Translations under genes and position numbers: made by a program | Shown: positions 25,486 to 32,000 of the stretch, one piece after another | How positions within the stretch are numbered: position 1 is the first letter of the stretch | Layout: the number at the start of each line of letters is the position of its first letter | Assembly: GCA_004284765.1 (NCBI GenBank) | Contig: NQJD01000008.1 | Location: 1-32,000, forward strand | Source: Candidatus Electronema aureum | Lineage (GTDB): Bacteria; Desulfobacterota; Desulfobulbia; Desulfobulbales; Desulfobulbaceae | Direction: 5' to 3' | DNA: 32,000 nucleotides | The notes under the pieces: model-generated | What the model saw: only the letters and a program-made list of their open reading frames with translations | Told to the model about the DNA's origin: nothing | Databases searched by the model: none

Positions 25486-27960
25486 ATGCCAAAAACCCTC
25501 ATCATCGCCGAAAAGCCCAGCGTGGCTGCTGACATCGTCAAGGCCCTGCCCGGCAAATTTGATCGGCAGAAAACGCATTTTGAAGGCAGCGACTTTATCG
25601 TTTCCTACGCCATTGGCCATTTGGTCTCTATTGGCTTCCCAGAGGAGATCGACCCGGCCCTGCATAAATGGCACTTAGATACCCTGCCTATCCTGCCGGA
25701 AATCTTTCCCTTGACCGTGCTACCTGATGCCAAGCCGCAGTTCATGGCCCTGAGCAAGCTGCTCAAGCGCAAGGACGTGGACGTGATTATCAACGCCTGC
25801 GATGCGGGCCGCGAAGGCGAGCTGATCTTCAAATACATCTTCCGCCAAATCTTTCCTACGCCGCCCACAGGAAAAACCGTGCGCCGCCTCTGGCTTCAGT
25901 CCATGACCTTGGACGCGATCAAGGACGGCCTGCGCCATCTGCGCGAGGACAAGGAAATGGTGCCGCTGGAGCACGCCGCGCTCTGCCGCTCTGAGGCGGA
26001 CTGGCTGATCGGCATCAACGCCACCCGCGCCCTGACCTGCTACAACTCGCGCCACGGCGGCTTCAGCAAGACCCCCTGCGGCAGGGTGCAGACCCCGACC
26101 CTCTCGCTCCTCGTCAAGCGCGAGCAGGAACGACTGGCCTTTATTCCCAAGGATTATTGGGAGCTGCACGCCCAGTTTGAATGCGGCTCGGTGCGGTATC
26201 AAGGCGTGTGGATTGATGCCGCCTTCAAGAAAGACCAGGAAGACCCCGACGGCAACAAGAAACGCATCTGGGAGGAGGCGCGGGCCAAGGCCATTGCCGA
26301 GCGTTGCGCAGGCCAGCCAGCTAAGGTCACGGAGGAAAGCAAGAAGAGCAGCCAGGCTCCGTCAATGCTCTACGACCTGACCACGCTTCAGCGCGAGGCC
26401 AACTCCCGCTTCGGCTTTTCGGCGAAAAACACGCTCAGTATTGCCCAAGCGTTGTATGAGCAGCACAAGCTGATCACCTACCCGCGCACCGACAGCTCCT
26501 GTCTGCCGGAAGATTATCTGCCGCAGGTGAACGAGGTGCTGGCGCAGCAGCAGCAGTGGCAGCTGGGCCGTTTTGCCGCCGAGGCTCTGGCAAACGGCTG
26601 GCCGGACAAAAACCGCAGCAACAAGCGCATTTTCAACAACAAGAAGATCAGCGACCATTTCGCCCTGATTCCCACGGTCAATCTGCCCGGCAGCCTGAGC
26701 GACGCGGAGTTGAAGATTTACCAGATGATCGTGCAGCGTTTCCTCGCGGTCTTTTTCCCGTCCGCTGTCTTTGCCCAGACCCGCCGTTTGTCGGTCGTTG
26801 CAGGCGAAACCTTCATCACTGAGGGCAAAATTCTGGTCGAGGCGGGCTGGAAAGCGGTTTATGGAGCTGAGGCAGCCGCTGGCGAGGCGAAAACCTTGGA
26901 GCCTCTGCCGAAAAAGGCTGCCGTCATCTGCGCCGAGATCGAGCAGAAGAAGCTGGTAACTAAGCCGCCGCCCCGCTTCAATGAGGCCACCTTGCTCTCA
27001 GCAATGGAGCATTCCGGCAAATTGGTCGAGGACGAGGAGCTGGCTGAGGCGATGAAGGAGCGCGGCCTCGGCACGCCAGCCACGCGGGCGGCGATCATTG
27101 AAAAGCTGCTGGCCGAGACCTATTTAGTGCGTGAGCTGAAAGATCTTATTCCCACGGGCAAGGCCTTCGAGCTGATCGCCCTCTTGGAAGCACGGGACAT
27201 TGACGTGCTTGCCTCGCCAGAACTCACCGGCGAGTGGGAGTACAAGCTCAATCAAATCGTCAAGGGCAGCATGACTCGTGCGCAGTTCATGCAGGAAATC
27301 CGAGATCAAACCAGCAAGATCGTTGGCAAAGTCAAAGAGGGAACAGAATCCGAATCCGTGCGGACAGAGGTTTCCTTTTCCCCGCTTGACGGGCAGCGGT
27401 TCTTTGAGACTGCTAATGCCTATGAGTCAGAAGACCGGAGGCTCAGAGTGCGCAAGGTGCTGGGCGGGCGAGTGATGAGCCAAGACGAGATTATCCGCCT
27501 GATTAAGGGCGAAACCATTGGCCCGCACAGTGATTTTCGCTCCAAGGCAGGCAAGCCCTTCACCGCCTCGGTGTCGCTCAAGGATGGCAAGGTGACATTC
27601 CAATTCCCTGATTCCACGGACAACCTTGACGTGGAAGGCATCAAGAAGCAGGAGCCGCTCGGCCTCTCGCCGGTTGATAAAACCCCGGTCTTTGAGACAC
27701 CAATGGCCTATCTGTCTGAATCCGCCCTGAGCGGCGACCAGAAGCAGGGGCTGCGCATCGGCAAGACCATCTTGGAGCGGGCCATCAGCCAGGAGCATGT
27801 CCGCCAATTGCTGACGCAGGGCAAGACCGAACTCATCAACGGCTTTATCTCCAAGAAGAAACGGCCTTTTGATGCCTATCTCCTCATAGATGCGAAAGGC
27901 AAAGTGACCTTTGAATTTCCGCCGCGAAAAACCAAGGGCAAGGGCGGCGAGGAAGAATAA
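25486..27960 (+). CDS. topB: DNA topoisomerase III (type IA) with two C-terminal repeat domains
   Basis: Toprim start LIIAEKPSVAADI...AIGHL, acidic cluster CDAGREGELIF, and the active-site region ITYPRTDS. This is followed by two ~55-aa related C-terminal units, each ending GKVTFQFP / GKVTFEFP. Confidence 0.9.
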   Translation: MPKTLIIAEKPSVAADIVKALPGKFDRQKTHFEGSDFIVSYAIGHLVSIGFPEEIDPALHKWHLDTLPILPEIFPLTVLPDAKPQFMALSKLLKRKDVDVIINACDAGREGELIFKYIFRQIFPTPPTGKTVRRLWLQSMTLDAIKDGLRHLREDKEMVPLEHAALCRSEADWLIGINATRALTCYNSRHGGFSKTPCGRVQTPTLSLLVKREQERLAFIPKDYWELHAQFECGSVRYQGVWIDAAFKKDQEDPDGNKKRIWEEARAKAIAERCAGQPAKVTEESKKSSQAPSMLYDLTTLQREANSRFGFSAKNTLSIAQALYEQHKLITYPRTDSSCLPEDYLPQVNEVLAQQQQWQLGRFAAEALANGWPDKNRSNKRIFNNKKISDHFALIPTVNLPGSLSDAELKIYQMIVQRFLAVFFPSAVFAQTRRLSVVAGETFITEGKILVEAGWKAVYGAEAAAGEAKTLEPLPKKAAVICAEIEQKKLVTKPPPRFNEATLLSAMEHSGKLVEDEELAEAMKERGLGTPATRAAIIEKLLAETYLVRELKDLIPTGKAFELIALLEARDIDVLASPELTGEWEYKLNQIVKGSMTRAQFMQEIRDQTSKIVGKVKEGTESESVRTEVSFSPLDGQRFFETANAYESEDRRLRVRKVLGGRVMSQDEIIRLIKGETIGPHSDFRSKAGKPFTASVSLKDGKVTFQFPDSTDNLDVEGIKKQEPLGLSPVDKTPVFETPMAYLSESALSGDQKQGLRIGKTILERAISQEHVRQLLTQGKTELINGFISKKKRPFDAYLLIDAKGKVTFEFPPRKTKGKGGEEE

Positions 27961-27983
27961 CACGGCGGATGAGTTTCTTAAAG

Positions 27984-28008
27984 CTCATGCAGGCATTGTC
28001 TGCATGAG
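27984..28008 (+). terminator. stem-loop downstream of topB (possible terminator, no T-run)
   Basis: Perfect 9-bp stem CTCATGCAG / CTGCATGAG with 7-nt loop gcattgt, 24 nt after the topB stop. No U-tract follows, so intrinsic termination is uncertain. Confidence 0.35.
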
Positions 28009-28127
28009 TACCCTTAAAAAGGATACGGATAACAGCAAGCGGCTGATGCTGTCTGCGTTGGCGGCGGGGATATTGCTGTGAGTTCGAGAACGACTTAATT
28101 TAACACTGTTCAGTTAAAAATATCATA

Positions 28128-28520
28128 ATGTTATTAGAAAGTAGTATTATAGAAAAATCTTTATTAACAAGCCTAGATTATATACCTAATCCTGAATTAG
28201 GAATACTATTTCTTGGCCTATTTACAGGCGGTTTACTCGGCTTAGGCTTATCAAATACGAAAGCAAATTTAAGGGCTGTAATAACCGCAATAGGTGCTGG
28301 ATTAGGAAGTGGTCCACTACTTTTTATAAAAAGCTCTGGCAATGCTATTTGGTCATATCCAATTGGTCTAGTTATGGGGATGCTCTGGTTAAGGCTTCTG
28401 TATGCAAGGGATGAATGTTCTGATAATAGACGAAGATTAAGTTATCGAATCTGGGCATGGATAGATATTTTTGTAATTATTTCAGTTACGATCGCTTCCG
28501 TTATTTATTGCGCAATATGA
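28128..28520 (+). CDS. orphan AT-rich small polytopic membrane protein (Gly-zipper-like helices)
   Basis: 130-aa ATG ORF with about four hydrophobic segments (GILFLGLFTGGLLGLGL, VITAIGAGLGSGPLLFI, YPIGLVMGMLWLRLL, IDIFVIISVTIASVIYCAI). It sits in a low-GC block between topB and rsfS. No family recognised. Confidence 0.5.
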   Translation: MLLESSIIEKSLLTSLDYIPNPELGILFLGLFTGGLLGLGLSNTKANLRAVITAIGAGLGSGPLLFIKSSGNAIWSYPIGLVMGMLWLRLLYARDECSDNRRRLSYRIWAWIDIFVIISVTIASVIYCAI

Positions 28521-28605
28521 TTCATGCTTAATCTTCACGTTCAAATTATAACATCAAGAAAAATTTTCTTCTTGAATCCAAAAAAAGTTCTCATCCACAG
28601 ATAAT

Positions 28606-29010
28606 ATGCAACAACTGAAGAAAGAATACCGCGAGCACACTGCCCTGGATTTGGCCGCCGTCTGCGCCCGCATCGCCCTTGACACCAAAGCAGAAGACCT
28701 CGCGGTGCTGGATATGCGCGGTCGCTCCTCGTTTACGGATTATTTCATCCTCATGAGTGGCCGTTCCACCCGCCATGTCCAAGGTTTGGCGGAGGCCATC
28801 GAGTCAGAGCTAAACTCCAAGCGGATCAGCAGTCAGCACGCCGAGGGTTTGCAGGAAGGACTCTGGGTGCTGCTCGATTTCGGCGATGTGGTGGTTCATG
28901 TTTTCTACAAAGACCAGAGGTCGTTCTATGATCTGGAAGGATTATGGCATGATGCCCCTCGTGTAGAGTTGGAGGACTTGGGTCTCACCGAGAAGCAGGA
29001 GGGCGAATGA
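28606..29010 (+). CDS. rsfS: ribosome silencing factor RsfS (Iojap family)
   Basis: 134-aa ORF with KAEDLAVLDMRGRSSFTDYFILMSGRSTRHVQGLAEAI and WVLLDFGDVVVHVF...R.FYDLEGLW, typical of RsfS. Confidence 0.9.
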   Translation: MQQLKKEYREHTALDLAAVCARIALDTKAEDLAVLDMRGRSSFTDYFILMSGRSTRHVQGLAEAIESELNSKRISSQHAEGLQEGLWVLLDFGDVVVHVFYKDQRSFYDLEGLWHDAPRVELEDLGLTEKQEGE

Positions 29011-30560
29011 TGGCAGCGGGACGGCCTGTGGTACTGGCGATACTTGATGGCTGGGGCGTGGCTCCGGCTTGCCCGACCAACGCGGTTTCTGTGGCTCACA
29101 CGCCGAACATGGACAGATGGGCTGCCGAGTATCCGTACACGACCCTGACGGCGCACAACGGCGCGGTCGGCTTGCCCGAAGGACAGATGGGCAATTCCGA
29201 GGTCGGCCATCTCAACATCGGCGCAGGCCGGATTGTCTATCAGGATTTCACCCGCATCAGCCGGGCCATTGCGCTGGGAGAATTTGCCAAGAATCCGACG
29301 CTGACAGCGGTGCTGGACAAAGTGCAGGCCGCAGGCAGCCGGGTGCATTTCTGCGGCCTGCTGTCTGACGGCGGCGTGCATTCGCATGTCAGCCACTTGG
29401 CGGCTTTGCTGGAAATGGCGGCGGCCCGGAAGATCGAAGCCAAGATGCACTGCTTCATGGATGGCCGTGATACGCCTCCCAGTAGTGGTGCAAGCTATAT
29501 GCGGCAGCTTCTGGATATTATAAAGCAGACCGGCTGCGGCCAGGTAGCCACGGTGATCGGTCGTTATTGGGCGATGGACAGGGATACGCGCTGGGATCGC
29601 GTCGAACGAGCGTGGCGGGCGATGATTGACGGGCAGGGGTTATCTGCCAGCGACCCGCTGCAAGCGGTAGAGACGGCCTATGTTCGTGGGGAAACCGACG
29701 AGTTTATCCAACCGACCGTATTGGCAAATGCTGCCGGCCAGATTAAGCATGGCGATACCGTAGTCTTCTTCAACTTCCGCGCTGACCGATTACGTGAACT
29801 GTGCCACGCCTTTGTTGATACCAACTTCACGGGCTTTAAGGTCAATGATCGGCCCCAGCTCCTTGAGTTGGTAACGTTGACTGAATACGAGGCCGATTTT
29901 CCTTTCCCGGTTGCCTTTCCGCCACAAAACTTGTCCCGCATTCTCGGCGAAGAGGTCAGCAAGGCCGGGCTACGTCAGCTGCGCATTGCCGAGACCGAAA
30001 AATACGCCCACGTCACCTATTTCTTTAATGGCGGGCGAGAAGAGCCGTTTCCCGGAGAAGACCGCATCTTGATCGAATCCCCCCGCGACGTGGCCACCTA
30101 CGACCTCAAGCCGTCGATGAGCGCGAATGAAGTCGCCGACCGCCTGCTGGCTGCCCTTGCTCATGAGCAGGCCGCAGGCACACCCTATGATCTGGTCATC
30201 CTTAACTTTGCTAACGGCGACATGGTTGGGCATACCGGAGTGCTGGCAGCCGCAGTGCAGGCCTGCGAGACTGTTGACCGCTGCCTTGGCCGCATTGCCG
30301 AACGGCTGCATGAGCTGGGCGGCATCCTGGTCGTCACTGCCGACCACGGGAATGCCGAAGTGATGGTCAACCTAGAGACCGGCCAACCCCACACTGCCCA
30401 CACCCTCAACCCAGTACCCTGCATCCTTGTCAGCGACAAGCACAAAGGCCGCAGCCTGAAGAGCGGCGGCGCGCTCAAGGACATTGCCCCGACCTTGATG
30501 CACCTGCTGGGGCTGGAGCAGCCGGGGGAGATGGAAGGGGAAAACTTGATCGCACAATAA
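29007..30560 (+). CDS. gpmI: 2,3-bisphosphoglycerate-independent phosphoglycerate mutase
   Basis: RPVVLAILDGWG, GQMGNSEVGHLNIGAGRIVYQD, GLLSDGGVHSH, ETEKYAHVTYFFNGG, NFANGDMVGHTG and TADHGNAE are all canonical iPGM motifs. The start overlaps the rsfS stop (ATGA). Confidence 0.95.
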   Translation: MMAAGRPVVLAILDGWGVAPACPTNAVSVAHTPNMDRWAAEYPYTTLTAHNGAVGLPEGQMGNSEVGHLNIGAGRIVYQDFTRISRAIALGEFAKNPTLTAVLDKVQAAGSRVHFCGLLSDGGVHSHVSHLAALLEMAAARKIEAKMHCFMDGRDTPPSSGASYMRQLLDIIKQTGCGQVATVIGRYWAMDRDTRWDRVERAWRAMIDGQGLSASDPLQAVETAYVRGETDEFIQPTVLANAAGQIKHGDTVVFFNFRADRLRELCHAFVDTNFTGFKVNDRPQLLELVTLTEYEADFPFPVAFPPQNLSRILGEEVSKAGLRQLRIAETEKYAHVTYFFNGGREEPFPGEDRILIESPRDVATYDLKPSMSANEVADRLLAALAHEQAAGTPYDLVILNFANGDMVGHTGVLAAAVQACETVDRCLGRIAERLHELGGILVVTADHGNAEVMVNLETGQPHTAHTLNPVPCILVSDKHKGRSLKSGGALKDIAPTLMHLLGLEQPGEMEGENLIAQ

Positions 30561-30605
30561 CGGAGGGAGCAGGACTGTGGATGCAGTTCTGCTTGGTGAC
30601 AAAAA

Positions 30606-31187
30606 ATGCCTTTCGAGAATCTGCTGAACATCTCAGTCAAGAAAGATTGGGTTGACTATCTTGCTGCGTTGCTCACCCCGACTATCGCTGTCGCTGGGCT
30701 GTATATTGCTTTCAACCAAAGACGGATAGAGGAAGCGCGGCTCAGGCATGAACTGTTTGAGAGGCGTTATAAACAGTTTGATGCCGTTGTAAAATTTGCA
30801 CTCTCAACCATGTCTCTAAGCATTGAAGCTGATGAAGAATGTGAATGTAGGCCGTTTGAGGCTAGCAATGAGCTTCGCGATGAAATTGCTGGAATTAAAT
30901 TTATCTTTTCTCCAGATATAGATGAGTATGTCAATACTCATATCGTTAAGCTACACATAGAGATACAACATCTTCGCGCAGAAAGGAACAGGATGGAGCC
31001 TAGGGAAGAACGCCTAAAGAATGCAAAAAGGCAAACTGAATTCAAGAACAACTTGAGAAAGAACTTGGAGATATTTCACGAAAAGACTCTGAAATACATG
31101 CAGCTTCAGCAACCATCCTTATCTGCAAGAGAGCGGCTTAAAAAATTGGCAGCTCTTTTCGAGAAGATAAAGAACGCGGCAGATTGA
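30606..31187 (+). CDS. hypothetical N-terminally membrane-anchored helical protein
   Basis: 193-aa ATG ORF with one TM-like segment (WVDYLAALLTPTIAVAGLYIAF) followed by a charged helical region (RRIEEARLRHELFERRYKQF...). Lower G+C than the adjacent gpmI. No family recognised. Confidence 0.5.
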   Translation: MPFENLLNISVKKDWVDYLAALLTPTIAVAGLYIAFNQRRIEEARLRHELFERRYKQFDAVVKFALSTMSLSIEADEECECRPFEASNELRDEIAGIKFIFSPDIDEYVNTHIVKLHIEIQHLRAERNRMEPREERLKNAKRQTEFKNNLRKNLEIFHEKTLKYMQLQQPSLSARERLKKLAALFEKIKNAAD

Positions 31188-31328
31188 ATAAATCCGCTGA
31201 AAAACGTTGGGGTCTTAACAACACTCCTTGGCTTATTAAGGATAGCGCAGCCAGCGGAAATGGAGGGGGTAGGGTTGATGAGGGATTGACTAAGCCCTTT
31301 GATCGAATTAGACAAAGAAAAAAATATT

Positions 31329-32000
31329 ATGAACATTCAATATTCAGAACAAGTTGTCTTGCTGCTGACACTGGGCCAGCCGGACTGGAAAGACGATTGG
31401 CAGGAAACATATCAGCAGCTTGGCTTCTCCAAAGAGCATATTCCCGATTTGATCAAGATGATTACAGATGAAAATCTGCTCAGGCTTGACTCAAAAAGCG
31501 ACGCAGTCTGGGCACCAGTCCATGCTTGGCGAATATTGGGGCAGCTACGGGCAGCTGAGGCAATTCCGGTTTTGATCGCTCAACTTTTTCGTATTGATGA
31601 AGATGATGATGACTGGGTAGGCGAAGAACTGCCAAAGGTTTTTGCCCTGATCGGCGAGCCTGCCATTCGTAGCCTTTCTCAATATCTTGCAGATGCAAAA
31701 AATCACCTGTATGCACGGGCAGCGGCAGCTAATGGATTGGCATACATTGCCAAGAGTCATCAAGAATTGCGGCAAAACTGCTCCATTCGGTTAGAAAAAG
31801 CATTAGTGCATTATGCCGAAAATGATAAGACACTCAACAGCTTTCTGGTCGCTCATTTGATTGACCTCAAAGCGGTAGAGACAATGCCTGTTATTCAGCA
31901 GGCATATAAAGAAGGATGCGTTGATTTGAGCATCTGCGGTGGCCTTGAAGAGGTGGAAATAGAATTCGGACTCCGGGAGCATCGCTCCACGCCGCGTCCG
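31329..32000 (+). CDS. HEAT/armadillo-like repeat protein (DUF1186-like), 3'-partial at window edge
   Basis: Not in the ORF track because no stop falls inside the window. ATG 31329 opens 224 uninterrupted codons to nt 32000: MNIQYSEQVVLLLTLGQPDW...VWAPVHAWRILGQLRAAEAIPVLIAQL...IGEPAIRSLSQYLADAKNHLYARAAAANGLAYIA... This pattern resembles HEAT-like DUF1186 proteins as I recall them. Confidence 0.6.
   Translation, partial: MNIQYSEQVVLLLTLGQPDWKDDWQETYQQLGFSKEHIPDLIKMITDENLLRLDSKSDAVWAPVHAWRILGQLRAAEAIPVLIAQLFRIDEDDDDWVGEELPKVFALIGEPAIRSLSQYLADAKNHLYARAAAANGLAYIAKSHQELRQNCSIRLEKALVHYAENDKTLNSFLVAHLIDLKAVETMPVIQQAYKEGCVDLSICGGLEEVEIEFGLREHRSTPRP

Noticed and set aside
31184-31471. A 95-aa + strand ORF overlapping the end of the 30606-31187 gene and the start of the HEAT-like gene.
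   Set aside because: It begins at a TTG and has a low-complexity Gly/Arg-rich product. It is out of frame with, and overlapped by, the much longer feature-bearing ORF starting at 31329.
1-32000. CRISPR arrays, rRNA and tRNA genes.
   Set aside because: I found no series of regularly spaced direct repeats, no rRNA-like conserved blocks and no cloverleaf-compatible T-arm/acceptor combinations while reading both strands.

Overview
This is a 32-kb chromosomal window from a Gram-negative-type bacterium. The evidence for that is a fused SecDF, a lipobox lipoprotein and a signal-peptide M23 peptidase. All convincing genes are on the + strand except one. The backbone looks roughly mid-50s % G+C by eye and is housekeeping: a Cache/HisKA/REC/HPt hybrid kinase (- strand), larB, secDF, mtnA, a serA-type dehydrogenase, a large FN3/glycosidase-like protein, recN, an acetolactate-synthase-like ThDP enzyme, aat, an envelope lipoprotein plus coiled-coil pair, a DUF456 membrane protein, topB, rsfS and gpmI. 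Small accessory or scar features punctuate this backbone. (1) A 29-codon N-terminal stump of a C5 DNA methyltransferase lies right after secDF and is cut off at a GTAG-prefixed palindrome. (2) A low-GC single-gene insertion encodes an atypical ComM/YifB-like AAA+ ATPase with an extra zinc ribbon. (3) A 118-bp unit is bounded by perfect 17-bp inverted repeats, and its terminal 14-mer recurs in two other intergenic regions. (4) An 883-bp IS630-family element has TA flanks and a two-frame transposase joined at an A8 tract. (5) A DUF4160/DUF2442 two-gene module sits exactly at the stop codon of the DUF456 gene and is followed by a diverged second copy of that gene's 3' end. (6) Three very AT-rich orphan genes encoding membrane or membrane-anchored proteins lie around topB and after gpmI. 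I found no rRNA, tRNA or CRISPR array by eye. The ORF track uses TTG/GTG as well as ATG starts, so several N-termini were trimmed to better-supported ATGs. One real-looking ORF (31329 to the window end) is absent from the track because it has no stop inside the window. I cannot name a complete, clearly novel multi-gene system. The best candidates for follow-up are the DUF456-end duplication cassette, the aberrant ComM-like gene and the recurring TAGGAGTTACGCAG repeat family.
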